Shown here one piece after another: positions 11,101 through 21,900 of a stretch of DNA of 64,000 nt; within the stretch, counting starts at the first letter, position 1; the number at the start of each line of letters is the position of its first letter. Position numbers and translations under genes: made by a program. Source of the stretch: an uncultured virus (IMG/VR IMGVR_UViG_3300047375_000936) (Duplodnaviria > Heunggongvirae > Uroviricota > Caudoviricetes); the IMG/VR virus record IMGVR_UViG_3300047375_000936; one strand, written 5' to 3'. The notes under the pieces were generated by a model, which was given only the letters and a program-made list of their open reading frames with translations, was not told the origin of the DNA and did not search any database.

Positions 11101-14100
11101 GAATAAAATAATTCTTCCTGTATCTGGAATAATTTTTTTAATATCTGTATTACCGTTATCTAATAACATTCCGTTTTCATCAAATGTTGTCATTTCAACT
11201 AAATCACTATTTTTACCAGTAATTGCTAATTTGTTTTTACTAAAACTTACACTTGATCCAAACGCTTCGCATTTGTCGGTATACGGACTTCTAATATTTT
11301 GTTGTAGTTCATACACATTATTTGAATTTTGTTTATATACATAAACTGTTCCTGCATCAGTGTCAACATCATCGTTGTAAGGTGCAGCAACGGCAATTTT
11401 TGTACCATCGTCGTTGATATCAAAATTCTTGCCCCAAGTTTCTCTTTTTAATACATCTTCGTCAAACGATTGAATAAATTTCCATCTATCTACTGGTTGG
11501 TGATAAACAGTTAATCTACGTAATCCATTTACTGTTGAGCTAACAACAATTTTATCACCTAAAGTATCAATTGCAATTTTTTCACCAAAATTTTCTTCAC
11601 CAGTGTCTAAGTCTCCGTCAAGATCCTGATCTCTATTTGGAACAAATCCTGTGTGTTCGATATCTTCACTTATTTTCCAACTTGCAATATCGGTTGGCAA
11701 TTTTTGTCCTGTTGGTGTTGATGACGGTCTTTCAACTAGTGCTTCGTATAATTGTCCTTGATAGAAAACAATATCAGTTGTTCTATACTCTTCGTTTTGA
11801 TCAAACACACCTTTATAATTACGGTTGCGTGTCCAGCGCCAGTCTGTATCATATTCAAAGAAATACACTCGTCCTTGTCCTGCGCCAGTTGCACCAACAA
11901 ATAATTTATAGATACCATTACTAGTTTTTCTAATTTGTAAAGTTGTACCAAAATTTTCACTAGCATTTGGATCAGGACTTGTCATAACAATTTTTTGTTC
12001 ATATTGACGGGTTTTGTCATCAAGTTCGTAAATATAAATTACACCTTGATTACTCAATCCTGAAGATGTTCCAACTCCGGCAGGAATATAATATGCTGGT
12101 TCCCAATCTCTATTGTCGCTAGTTCCAATTGAACTACTATCACTTGCATCAGTGTGCCAATTGCTTACGTCATTTTTAGCACGCCACAAGGTACCTCTAT
12201 CAACAACAATATCTCCTGTAAGATATGCTTCAGTAGGATCTAGTGTTCCTTTAAATTGTGATAGTGCATTATCGGCTAATGGTGCGCCAACTACAATAAA
12301 CTTACTGTCAGGTGATACAGCAACACTTGTTCCGTATCCACTATTGTCGTCAGTAGCATCAGTTGCTGACAGTATTTGATCATTTGTAAATGCAAAGGTT
12401 GGCGAGTTTCTACGCTTAATTGTTGCAGTGCCTGTAAAATCTAAAGACGCATCGTTAGGATCTCCAGTGACTAAAGTTGTATTTGAATTGTTTATATCAG
12501 TTGATTTAGCAAATGTTGTATTAGCATTAGCATATTCTTGTTGCAAACTTACAATACTGTTATTTTCGTATACACTAAAGTTTCCAGTACCGTTGTTGTC
12601 AATCCATAATCTGTCTTTTTGATCTTTTTGTATATCTTCAATAAGATTATTTAAATCTTCAATGTTTGCAAATCTACGCTCAACAAATCTACTTAAACTT
12701 GCTCCGCCAACTCCACTAAAGCTATCATCTTCTTCTTCAAAATCAATTTCACCGTCAGTGGTTGATACTGCAAATGTAATAGTGTTTGCTAATACATCTG
12801 ATACTTTATAGAATCCTTTAAAATTTGGAATACTTGAAAAAATACCAATTATATCGTCTTTGGCAATATTTTCAACTTGTCTATCAAGTGTAATTTTTAC
12901 AGCAGATGATCCATCTGTGTTTGTAATATTAACAAATCCAGTAACCTCTAAATCACTTCTTGTGTGTTTTAGTACTGTCCATGATTGTTTGTCTTTTGTA
13001 ATCCAAACATGTTTTCCAATTTCAAGCTCGTCAATATTAATACTAGTAATATCGCTTCGAGATGTTACAATATATTCAACATCGTTGTTTCTTACATAGC
13101 CCGAATCTTTTGTATAGGTTGAAGTCGATGTTGTTGAAGATACGATAGTATGATCATAATCATCTGGAACTTTGTATCCTCCAGTACTAGGTATTTCAAT
13201 AATTAAATCCGAACGCCCAATTGTTTTGCTTGCATTTAATTCATAAATCTGTGGTTCTAACTTATAATCTTTTTCAGTTAATTGATATTCAATTTCTGCA
13301 ATATTTTCAATTGATCCATATTGTCCTAGTCTAATTGCCCATTCTTCGTATAATTCGACACTGTCGTTGTCAGCACTACTAAGTGCATCAAATAATTTTG
13401 TTACACTATTTGAAGTACCCTTTTCTTGTATAAATCCTTGATAGAATTTATATTGACTTACACTATCGGTAATAATGTTTTCTAAGTACTGTCGTTTTTG
13501 ATAGCCAATCAAATGCTGTGCAAGACGTTGCTGTTCACTGTCAAAGTTATCAGTATCAAGATCATAAAAATCAGCAAATTGGTTTGCTTTGTAATCCCAA
13601 TTTGGATAAATTTGAGATACAGGACGTTCATCTAATCTACGCCATTTGCTATCGTTAAATGTTTCTCCTGATGTATGATTTGCAAACGCACTATAATAAA
13701 ATTCTTTATGCTTTACAACGTCACTAACTCTATAATCTGAATTTGGAACCCATTGCATAACTTTAGCTTCGTCATAAAAGAATCCCGGAATTGATAAACT
13801 ACCATTCCAGCCGTCTGTTCTATATCCAACAAGTTTTATTCTTTCTTGTCTAAATCCTGCTGACTTATCATAGATTGTATCGGCAAAGACTGTTTTGTTA
13901 TCAAGTAAGACAGTGTGTTCTTTTTGTACTAACGGTAATTTAATTAAATAAATCGGTCTATCAGAATCAACTGTTCGTATAGTAAACGTATTGTCGTCGT
14001 TGCGGAAGATACTTGTAACGCTGCTATCCATAAAGTTACCGCTACTATCAAGTATGTTTACATCATAAAATGCATCAAACAAATTATCAATTGTAAACTT

Positions 14101-17100
14101 ATCACGTTTAAATTCTACTTTATTTGCAGCTGGACTTATTGCTAATACAGTTTCGTTGTCCCAATTTTGTGTTGTAAAGAATAAAAACTCTTTTACAAGT
14201 AGCAAGAAATCTTCAGGTAATCCACTTTCAGGATTTAAATTTTCAAAATTCCATCCTTGTACTTTTAGATATTCTTCGTATCCTAATAAAAAGTCAACAA
14301 CTTCTTGTTCTGTTTTATAAATTGTACCATAAGGAATTGTAGTTTGATTATCTTTATCAAACATTTTTCTAATAATTGCATCTTTGCCGCCAGTTATTGG
14401 AAGTTCGGCAAGTTTAGTATATTTTTCAATCTCAAAGGTTTCTTCACTCTCGTGACTAACTTTTGCTCTATAAAAATTATTTTCAAATCTTACAATAGTA
14501 CCAATAACATAAGTTTGATCAGAACTCCAATTAACAAAATCTTCACTAACGCCGCCAACATTAATTGCACTATCGCCATTACGATTCATATATGGATAAA
14601 TTGTAAATGTTGGATTTAAAGTATCATATCCTCCAATAATATATCCATTTTGTGTTTTAGTAATAATTACACCTGACAATACTGCAATATCTTGTATTCC
14701 ACTGGTGTTTAAAAATATTTTGTAATTTTCATCAGGAACAAATACTGTAGTTTTGTTTAGTGGGCTACGACTATCAAGTAATAATTTTAATTTTGTTTTT
14801 TCTGCAAAGCCCCCGAGTTTTACAGATAATTGATTGTCAAGTCCGTTTACTATTGTTTGATAATTTGCATACTTGCTTTCTACAGACCATTTTACGTAGT
14901 TTGCAATATAATTTACAAGTCCACTAGTGTAAACTTGTGTTGTCTCATTTGCAATACTTGGAAACACTAGATCCTTTGTAGAAATTTGTTGGTTAGTTTC
15001 TGAGTAGACATAATTTCCAGCCATATCTTTTTTGATACGACTTGCATCAAACCCAAGTCCAAATACTTTACTAGGCTGTGTTAGTGTCCAGGCTTTTAGT
15101 AATCCAAATCTATATTCACTACTATTTCTAAATGCTGATTCAACCGGTCCTTGGTCGCCGTAAGTAAAATCTTCAGACGATGCAGGTAGCAAAAATCCTT
15201 TAGCAATTCCGCTATCAAGCGGACTTTGTAGCTCGCCGCTGTCATTTACTGGAATAATACTTAATAGATTTGGCCTCATATATTTTGTTAATTGTACAGT
15301 TGCTTTGCCAGGTTCTTTAACAAACCCGTCTCTTAAATCTTGCCACAGCACTGTGTTAGAATATGTGTAAGGAGCAGGGCCGTATTGTGTTTCCCACCAG
15401 CTCGGCTTAATTGAAAACCCTAACATCTCCCATGGATGAGTATGCGGACGATCGGTATCATAATGCTGTTTAAAGATTGCTCTCCAACCGCCGGGTAGAC
15501 GATTACCATTTTCGTCTACTGAATTACGATAGTTAAATGTAAACCCATTTGTGCCGTCCCAATTAGTATTTTCAGTATAGTTTGGATTTCCAGCAGCACT
15601 TAACCAGCTACTAAATTCATCTAAGATCAATCCATCGATTGTTTCTTTTGTAACATTTGTATCTCTATATGTTCCGCCGATAAATTCATGTATGTTTAGA
15701 TATTCAGGATTATAAGGCTGTTTACAGTTGTTGTAAATACGTTTTTCAAGTTCAAGTAATAAGTCATCTCTGTAATCGCCAAATTCAACTGTATAGCTAC
15801 CATCGTGTCCTACAATAACATTTTGTGTGCCTAGTGCATTAGTAATGACAGTTCGCTCAGGAGTATATAGTGGATACAACCCTAATTTAGTAGGAGTTGG
15901 AGGAACATAACATCCGTTTGTATTTTCATATTCATATACAACTATGTCTTGTCCTACAGTTGGGTTAGTGTACTTAATGAAGCCATCTTCAAATGTATAA
16001 TCAACATTGTGTAATTTTTGTTCATCATTAACATATACCAATACTGCTGTTTTACCTAATTTTGTTAAAGTAAAGTTTGAAAAACTAGTTGGTAGATATG
16101 CAGTTTCGTTGTATTCAACTGTATTTGTTGTTGCTGTTGATGCATTAATTGGAATCACATCAGATGAAAAGAAAGGCGCCGACTCTGTTTTATCTTTATT
16201 CAGCGTATTCATAATCAAATCAACATGTTGTCTTGCATCACCATGAAATCCTGTTCGAGATGCTTCGTATAAAAATGCACGTTTAAATCGGCTGTATTCT
16301 TTTGAAGCGTATTGAATAGACTTCATAATGTTTGCTTCTTTGTCAACAATATGATAAGCTGCTAGATTAAACGGTCCACTGTGTTTAACAAACTGAGTAC
16401 CAAAAGAACTTTGTGTTTTTGGAAAAAGATCTCTTAGATTGGTGTTTCCAGGAGCTTGTCCTCTTCCGCTGGATCCAAGATTTTCAAGTATAGTATTAAC
16501 ATGCTTTGTAACCTCGCCTAGAGTAAAAGTAGTTAAATTTTCATTTAACGGATTGCTCTCTAAATTTTGAGGAATTTCATAATACCCATTTAAATTTTTA
16601 GTTGCAGCACTGTAGCATTTAAGAGTTACAATACTTTCACTTGTTAAATTTTTAAGAAATCTAACACGCTTGTAAGGCACACTATTTTCAACTACGTAAT
16701 CTGTATCTTGTATCTTACGTTTTCCGTTAACATAAACTTTTACAATTAAATCAGTTAAATTATTACTATCATTAAACATATCAATGTCAAAGTTATTTAA
16801 TTGACTGTTGTATTGTCTAATTACTGCTTGACGTGATTTAAATTTAGTTTTAGTCCATACATTTTTATATTCATAATTTCCATTAGGATCAAATAATTTA
16901 AAAAATCCACTATCAGTTTTTGCATTTATTTTATTTTGTATTTCGTCTTGATAATTCCAAGTATCTGTATGATAATTAAAATCAAAAACAATATCGCCAA
17001 AGTTGTTTATACTTTCGTATGCAAGCGGAAATCCTAGTTCTGTATCGTTTGTACCTGTGCCAATTCTATAAGAAAATAATTTTGTTCCTGTAAAACTCGA

Positions 17101-18900
17101 TGCTAGATATTGTGTTTTATCGCCGTAGCTATTACCGTTGGTATCAAACAAATCAAAATGCGGCTGTTCGTTTACTTTTGTTTTTTCCTGTCCCGGTATC
17201 CATTTATTATCGTGATAGTGATACATTTTACCAGCATTAACATTACCTTGTTTTACTAATACCGTATCTCCTTGTGATGGTGTTGTATCACTAGTTTCAA
17301 TTAAAGCAATTTGTCTATTTTTTACAGTGCCGGTACCAAAAAGAATAAACTTAACTTCATAAATTTTTCCGTTTACTGTTATGTCAGGATCTGCTGAAAA
17401 CAACACACGCATACCGTTGGTTACTTCTACTCCGTCAATTATATAACCTCCGGAACCTTCGATTGTACTAAACGCATCTTTTGTAAATGTATCGATTAAA
17501 TCAACATTTGTTTTTGCAAGATTTCCGTGATTGTATAATTGTAATCCGGCCTTATATTCAATAATTGGACGTTTAGCTCTTGCAGTTTCATCAAACTTTA
17601 TAGGTAGTCCGTTGGCTACAAAACTCGATTCAATGATATCTCGGTGGAACCAACGATTGTATCTACTCCATGGATTTCTATCAGGACTAGCACGGTTAAT
17701 ACAAATGTAATCTTTTACTGATAAAAATGCTGATGCATCTTCATAAGGATATTTGTCAAATCCAAACTCTTCTCCGTCAAAGGGTACCTCTTTTGTAGAT
17801 GTAAATGTAGTTGGAATTTCAAGGTCTTGTTCGTTTACTAATTGTATACTGCTGCCAACACCTTCAACAAAATAATACCCTGAAGCATATTTTGTAGGAG
17901 TAACTTCACCTTGAAAATAAACTTTCATACCATTACTAAGGTTTATAGTATCGTTTTCGTATGTTTCCATTCCAAGTATTTCTGTCTCAACGTTAATTTG
18001 AGAGTTTTCAACTATATTATAAAAACTAAAAATTCCAGTTAAGTTTGCATTATTTTGACTTAGATAAAATAGTGTGTCCGGTACTTCGTCTGGTACAACA
18101 AAAACAATTTTACCCTGTTCAATAAAAGTATCTTGTGTTTCAATATAAGTGCCTTCTTCATTTACTTTATATTTTGTAATACCAGTGTTATATAGTGTAC
18201 TAACATTTTCAGCGTCAACTTGTAGTAAAGGATCGTTGTCAACAAAAGCAATGTTGCTTGCTATACTAAAAGGATGCCCAGGACAATCGATAACAAATTC
18301 GTATGTCTGTCCTTTGTATAACTTGATGCTCGGATTCTTTGTAATACCGTCTGGCGTAAACAAATAACTTTCGACTTGATCGTCTTGTCCTAAAACAATA
18401 TTGTAAACACTGGTTGTATTTCTTGTTCGTCCTGCAATACCTACTGGTTCGGGTCCAAGCGGTAACCAAAAATATTCTCTAAAGTTTGTAAACTTATCCC
18501 AATCAATCTGCGGATCCCAGCTATAAGATTGCTGACTATTTAAAGCACTATGATTTGTACTAGCACCTTTGAATGTTTTTACCATTCCCATATAATCATT
18601 GTAGGTTGCAAAAAAATCTACATTATCAAGCTCGTCTTTGTAAACAATGCTTGATTCAAATTGATAATTTTCTCTGTCAGTTGAAATGTCAGGTAAGAAA
18701 TTGTCTGTTACAACAGTCGACGGACTATTGCGTCGACCAACATATGCATCAAGTTTTTCAACAACACCCTCTGATATCATCGAGTCAATAGTTGACTGTA
18801 TAAATTTTGAGTTTGTTTCGGTTCTGAAATACCTAGGAAGAAGATTTTTAGCCGAACGTTTGGTGTCGCCTACTGGCAAGGGATAATCTTGGTTTTCCAT
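5155..18900 (-). CDS. Giant baseplate wedge protein (gp7-like position), 4581 aa, with beta-propeller and small carbohydrate-binding-like modules
   Basis: Uninterrupted 13.7-kb ORF directly downstream of gp6. It has FG-GAP-like repeats (GYGTSVAVSPDSKFIVVGAP, NFGEKIAIDT, AFGSSVSFS) and GxGYxxAP Ig-like repeats. Confidence 0.7.
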   Translation of the reverse strand: MENQDYPLPVGDTKRSAKNLLPRYFRTETNSKFIQSTIDSMISEGVVEKLDAYVGRRNSPSTVVTDNFLPDISTDRENYQFESSIVYKDELDNVDFFATYNDYMGMVKTFKGASTNHSALNSQQSYSWDPQIDWDKFTNFREYFWLPLGPEPVGIAGRTRNTTSVYNIVLGQDDQVESYLFTPDGITKNPSIKLYKGQTYEFVIDCPGHPFSIASNIAFVDNDPLLQVDAENVSTLYNTGITKYKVNEEGTYIETQDTFIEQGKIVFVVPDEVPDTLFYLSQNNANLTGIFSFYNIVENSQINVETEILGMETYENDTINLSNGMKVYFQGEVTPTKYASGYYFVEGVGSSIQLVNEQDLEIPTTFTSTKEVPFDGEEFGFDKYPYEDASAFLSVKDYICINRASPDRNPWSRYNRWFHRDIIESSFVANGLPIKFDETARAKRPIIEYKAGLQLYNHGNLAKTNVDLIDTFTKDAFSTIEGSGGYIIDGVEVTNGMRVLFSADPDITVNGKIYEVKFILFGTGTVKNRQIALIETSDTTPSQGDTVLVKQGNVNAGKMYHYHDNKWIPGQEKTKVNEQPHFDLFDTNGNSYGDKTQYLASSFTGTKLFSYRIGTGTNDTELGFPLAYESINNFGDIVFDFNYHTDTWNYQDEIQNKINAKTDSGFFKLFDPNGNYEYKNVWTKTKFKSRQAVIRQYNSQLNNFDIDMFNDSNNLTDLIVKVYVNGKRKIQDTDYVVENSVPYKRVRFLKNLTSESIVTLKCYSAATKNLNGYYEIPQNLESNPLNENLTTFTLGEVTKHVNTILENLGSSGRGQAPGNTNLRDLFPKTQSSFGTQFVKHSGPFNLAAYHIVDKEANIMKSIQYASKEYSRFKRAFLYEASRTGFHGDARQHVDLIMNTLNKDKTESAPFFSSDVIPINASTATTNTVEYNETAYLPTSFSNFTLTKLGKTAVLVYVNDEQKLHNVDYTFEDGFIKYTNPTVGQDIVVYEYENTNGCYVPPTPTKLGLYPLYTPERTVITNALGTQNVIVGHDGSYTVEFGDYRDDLLLELEKRIYNNCKQPYNPEYLNIHEFIGGTYRDTNVTKETIDGLILDEFSSWLSAAGNPNYTENTNWDGTNGFTFNYRNSVDENGNRLPGGWRAIFKQHYDTDRPHTHPWEMLGFSIKPSWWETQYGPAPYTYSNTVLWQDLRDGFVKEPGKATVQLTKYMRPNLLSIIPVNDSGELQSPLDSGIAKGFLLPASSEDFTYGDQGPVESAFRNSSEYRFGLLKAWTLTQPSKVFGLGFDASRIKKDMAGNYVYSETNQQISTKDLVFPSIANETTQVYTSGLVNYIANYVKWSVESKYANYQTIVNGLDNQLSVKLGGFAEKTKLKLLLDSRSPLNKTTVFVPDENYKIFLNTSGIQDIAVLSGVIITKTQNGYIIGGYDTLNPTFTIYPYMNRNGDSAINVGGVSEDFVNWSSDQTYVIGTIVRFENNFYRAKVSHESEETFEIEKYTKLAELPITGGKDAIIRKMFDKDNQTTIPYGTIYKTEQEVVDFLLGYEEYLKVQGWNFENLNPESGLPEDFLLLVKEFLFFTTQNWDNETVLAISPAANKVEFKRDKFTIDNLFDAFYDVNILDSSGNFMDSSVTSIFRNDDNTFTIRTVDSDRPIYLIKLPLVQKEHTVLLDNKTVFADTIYDKSAGFRQERIKLVGYRTDGWNGSLSIPGFFYDEAKVMQWVPNSDYRVSDVVKHKEFYYSAFANHTSGETFNDSKWRRLDERPVSQIYPNWDYKANQFADFYDLDTDNFDSEQQRLAQHLIGYQKRQYLENIITDSVSQYKFYQGFIQEKGTSNSVTKLFDALSSADNDSVELYEEWAIRLGQYGSIENIAEIEYQLTEKDYKLEPQIYELNASKTIGRSDLIIEIPSTGGYKVPDDYDHTIVSSTTSTSTYTKDSGYVRNNDVEYIVTSRSDITSINIDELEIGKHVWITKDKQSWTVLKHTRSDLEVTGFVNITNTDGSSAVKITLDRQVENIAKDDIIGIFSSIPNFKGFYKVSDVLANTITFAVSTTDGEIDFEEEDDSFSGVGGASLSRFVERRFANIEDLNNLIEDIQKDQKDRLWIDNNGTGNFSVYENNSIVSLQQEYANANTTFAKSTDINNSNTTLVTGDPNDASLDFTGTATIKRRNSPTFAFTNDQILSATDATDDNSGYGTSVAVSPDSKFIVVGAPLADNALSQFKGTLDPTEAYLTGDIVVDRGTLWRAKNDVSNWHTDASDSSSIGTSDNRDWEPAYYIPAGVGTSSGLSNQGVIYIYELDDKTRQYEQKIVMTSPDPNASENFGTTLQIRKTSNGIYKLFVGATGAGQGRVYFFEYDTDWRWTRNRNYKGVFDQNEEYRTTDIVFYQGQLYEALVERPSSTPTGQKLPTDIASWKISEDIEHTGFVPNRDQDLDGDLDTGEENFGEKIAIDTLGDKIVVSSTVNGLRRLTVYHQPVDRWKFIQSFDEDVLKRETWGKNFDINDDGTKIAVAAPYNDDVDTDAGTVYVYKQNSNNVYELQQNIRSPYTDKCEAFGSSVSFSKNKLAITGKNSDLVEMTTFDENGMLLDNGNTDIKKIIPDTGRIILFQEINDLYVYAEDVDYSRNTATHEMENIVLNDNHLYLNIPTIVATAMPRPYNNDPRYVTSPNPGLLVDFSFATGKNTWSELTTQIAKPNIEQLQQVFLYAKDTADIIQRLDVIDPRQGKIAGPAEQELSFKTWYDPATYSSSSDTSDVIVDVQSNWTDRYVGKLWWNLKEASWYNPYQGNSQYRTNTFNKLLPNSRIQVCEWVETNLLPSEWNAQTGTTAGYTKGISGTALYDDDTVSSKQVYDRTKQGFTTKYYYWVENAQIVPRVAGRSLSCESISNLIADPAGTGYRFVSLLENNKFALYNCKNLVQETNTILHFRKEKDTTINVPIHREYDLMTEGLDLSMPNASIEQKWIDSLIGYDNVGNPVPDITLSDTKKYGVLNQPRQSMFINRVEAVKQFVDRINSVFVKNLIVDNYDISKLLLVDPLPLAAEGNFDRQIDTVSELQFVGTAKNTQAVLTPVVEFGKITGVTINNPGNGYKTAPSIEIEDVTGKNAEIISTINSNGQITSVTVKDQGYDYTPTTFLKVRPFSVLVTADETIGGRWTIYIYNKTTAAWERTDNQSFDTTKYWNYADWYAPGYSESTVIHQVIDGSYQLFGLDNSIGDVVKIKNIGTGGWLLLKKTDNQDTEDYTINYDTVGRENGTIKLLDVIYNYTTETTGYDAGVYDTTFYDREPVNELRNIIDAIKTNIFVSDLAVEYNKLFFASVRYVLSEQDNVDWVFKSSFLRAKHNVGDLTQKVAYQNDNLENYQDYINEVKPFKTKVREYISAYQKIEPTQSIISDFDLPPSYIGGKITPSAAKFNNNEVTNLWEKYFTYPYKNWVDNNTYEIIRIDVADGGSGFYDTPAVTISGESGITAKAYVAKGKVKSIEILNKGSRVLSAPTITVSGNQSNDGTSVRATAVLGNPNVRSTHMTVKFDRISGKKYFETIDKTETFAGTGAQEIFTLQWPINQNITTYSVLLNNVELLDTEYSVVNKLDTTKGYDRYIGEITLVTEPKIDDTLVVKYKKDTALLHAADRIFYEYDPTTGMPGKEFSQLMTGVEYEGALYDSFDFGGEQGFGVGGFSDLPWDTFDNTYDDEIIKLDGSTNIITLSSPLESGVEYNLYLNGVRLDDPQYDGSTITANKNAVMATITGDGVQTEIDINGAFSTTADDEIIIRKQSSDGSFSPVGSTFDTALQGGALDRTTATGIPSGEITVDGDGFFTPTNSGGPEELVPGTVTDTLDLQVYTRQNDGQAQINVAHYIFDGSTREFAYPEKPFGEDNVVVMLDKVVLRTDTYSNDYSLESVFIDSDIDINVGSIITVMTFGANGNSLIDSKTIEINEFDLQDSSAIQSDNWRFVTAADYSSDASCIVILNGSVQTEGSDYFLNTSNTTEPADKLVIEISGGRVRLDQGNVIQYAVYDSGITSYSQINNDYSWSNGTGNYWNFTDTFTPINDLPLGHNLLVFGDEDILSPGYSIRFTTTSSLSYDIDGWQFANLSSVAKIDFMVYVNDVRLDVSQWSWDNVNARITLLNTNVAPAGSKLDIYCLQNADYYFIDTALTFTTLDGSTAFDMESQVTVGEPLLLVSGATSTRFEPIVKSVNGNTVVVQSMAKDIRDEFIADEDFYVTADSTAVKISEVEFIDSDSISINPEIYDDLFTTYRAMHFSNHDINQFRRFTYDVLTETVVNENTDEFARRNLLSSGIVQLESAAAGAQYVWVVKNKRLLHPIVDYEVMENLNAVRLKDIVNENDRIQVMHWAAPVSSDKFGYRIFRDMLGRTHYKRLSKENSYMIANPVSPYDNKIVLVDATGIQEPDIVLNLPGIIWIDGERIEYFAVQENTLSQLRRGTLGTGVKDLHAAGDIAYGQGSAETIDYRDTYSVYRDRADGSNQIVDLGFDIDNANEIEVFVGGRKLSKVDISVYNKTLAQDSPEADQTQTKEYEVVTVGGNKYIQFTTTPAVDTEIRVVKRTGKKWIAAGETLRNSNSAIARFIRGATIELPK

Positions 18901-21900
18901 TAATAACTGCTGCCTCCGCTCGAGCTACTTGTACTTACTACTACTTCGGCTTGACTTCCAACAGTTTGTCCTGTTTGCTCAGCTGAAGTTACAATAGCAC
19001 CATCTGCTTTTAATCTATCAGCTGTGATTGCTGTGATTATTTCAACATTATCAACAGTTGCACCGCTGATAAAAATTTCGTCGTTTTCACTTCTTACTTC
19101 AAACAAACTGCCAAATGTATCTGTTGCTGAATCAGGTACAAGAACAATACTATTTAAATTAGGCGCTAGTTGTTGCATAATATATGCACTTAGTTCGCTC
19201 CAATAAAAAGTATCGCCAAATTCCCAATTTTCTAAAGCAAAGAATCGATTTGTTGCTTCAATAACTTGTGTTTTGATATCTTGATCATTAACAACACGGG
19301 CAGAATTTTTTACTACCTTCATTGTAGCTTGCAATCCTGGTTTAGCTTTTTTTCCAAATAAAACTTTAAATTTAACTGGATGATATATAACTTCGTCGCT
19401 AATTGATTTAATTTTGTTGATATCAGTGCCGTAATTTCTATAAAGTTGATCGGAACTTTGAGGAAGTGGTTCAGTTTCAAGTGTGCCTGCAAGGTATTGT
19501 CTATAGTTTGTATCATATGTTTTTGTTAAAAGATATGTGTCCATAATATTACTACTACTTGGATCAATTCTAGCATTTTCATCACTAGCATGTGCATATT
19601 GGAATTTTAATCCACTACGTCCTTCGTATGCTTTATAATTAAAAACTTGTGTTCGTGTTCTGTTTGTACTATCAATTTTTAAAAATGCATCATTTGCAAT
19701 TACATAATAAATTGGATTATTTGGTGTAGTTACACTAGCTGCTGCTTCAGATTGTACAACTAAAATATTTTCTGTAGTTTGATCTACATAACTATAAAAC
19801 TCGTTGTCATCGTTTGCTTTTTTTACAAATACATATTTGTTAGTATCACCAACTGATATAGGTGCAACAATATCGTTAAAAATTTGTGGATTATCAACTA
19901 CACCATCATCATCGCTATCAAAAAATACTACTTCAACTTTTTTACTATTTACATACCCAATGCCGTCTGTAAATTCTGCACTTACTGCCCACGGATAGTC
20001 AACTGTAAAAGGCAACAAGCCGCCGGTTGACGCTAAATCTTTATTAATGTTTAATACACTAATTTTATCTCGAACAATTTCACCGGTTTTACTGTCATAT
20101 ATTTTTTTACTTTTTTCAAAAAAGAATCTTACTTCATTATCGCTTTCAAATACATAACGTAGCGATCTACTTGTAATAGTGTAATCAACTCCATTTGTTT
20201 CAAATAAGAATAACCAACTTCGGTCCAATGACTGTTGTGTAGAATCTCCTGATAGTGCATACGACCATGTGTCGTTTACATTTAAGTTTTCTTGTGTTAC
20301 TACCTGCCAGCGACGATTGTTAGTGTCGTATCTTAATCCTACTGTTCTGTATGCAAACAATTGGTTAACTAAAGAATTTTTAACTTCATTGATTAAATCT
20401 CTAGTAAATTTTGGTTTTACACTATTAATTACTGCACCTGCTGGAATTGCATCGTTAAGAACAATTCCGCCTAAGCCTGTTGCTGATAATTCGTTACCGC
20501 CGTTTGTAACACTTATTACCTTTGTCCAAAGATATGTTACAGCGCCTTCGTGATCTGGAAGACCTTGCATTAATTTGTTATTATCAGTTTTCATAAAATG
20601 ATAACCCGATGGTGCTGTAAATTTAATTAGTGCGCCAGGCTCAATGTATCTAAAAACTCCTTCGGTAAACGAAGAAACTATATATTTAAATGCAGTAGTA
20701 TCATTTTCATTATTAGCGTCAACTACAAATCCACTACTGCGATTAGTGTCCTGTGTTGTTTGCTGCCAAACAATATTTAAATCTGTATAATCTTGATCTG
20801 TAAATTGATCATAATAAAAATTGCGTGTATTTTTATCCTGCAATAATGGCTCAATTGTATTTGCTACAATTCCTTCAACATCAGTTTTTGTAACAAAACT
20901 AAATTTTGTTTTTTCTTCTTGGTAATCTTTGTAGACTACACCATCAGTGCCAAATAAATTTGTTGAACTGTACTTGCCAGTGCTATCACGCAGATCATAG
21001 TATCTATTAATGCCGCTGCTGGTTCTATTAACACTCTTTACTTTAATAATATTTTGACTTATTCCAAGAGGTCCAAGATTATAATCTTCTGCTGTAATTA
21101 AACGATTCTGTGTATAATATGTACTAGGTGCATTGTCTTTAATACTTTGTGTTGTTTCGCTACTGGATGCAGTTGCTACTGATTGTTTTAAACTACAAAG
21201 CATTGTAAGAGTTTCGTTTTTGCCATTTGCACTTATATACGGAATTGAAATTTTAATGTTTTGTACATTATTTGGAAAAATTGTATAGTCAAGATTTGCA
21301 CTTGTTCTGTAGTAAGATCTAAAATTGCCTTTAGGAAGATTACCAAATACACCATCAGCAAAAATTAAATTTATGCGGTCATTTGTTCTTGATAGCACAC
21401 TGTAGATATTTTTAATTTTTTTACTAACACTATTATAAATTACATTGTTGCCTTCGACAGCATCGACCTTTGTCCAAAGATCTTGTTCTTGTCCACTACT
21501 ATCTAAACTATATAACCATACATCAGTATCGTTTACATTTGCAGCATCAACTTCAACTGTTTGATTTGGTGTTGGTAAATCAATTTGAAAATCGCCACGC
21601 TGCAAGCTACCTTGTCTAAAATGAATAAAAAATCCAGTGTTTGCACTGCCGGCACCTTGTCCGTTGTCTTTGTATAAAAACGAAAATTTATTTCCAACAC
21701 GAGGTGCTTCTTCAACAATATCATTTTTGTCAATGTCTGCGCCAACTGCTTCAAAATCTAAATTAGTTCCGTTTATCACTTTACTAAAACTATAAACAGG
21801 AAATGATTCTGGAGATGAATTAATATTATATTTTTCAGTCGGAATACCGCCAACAATAGCTGATTTTCTTGGAGATCCAAATTGGTTAGTATCAAGCATA

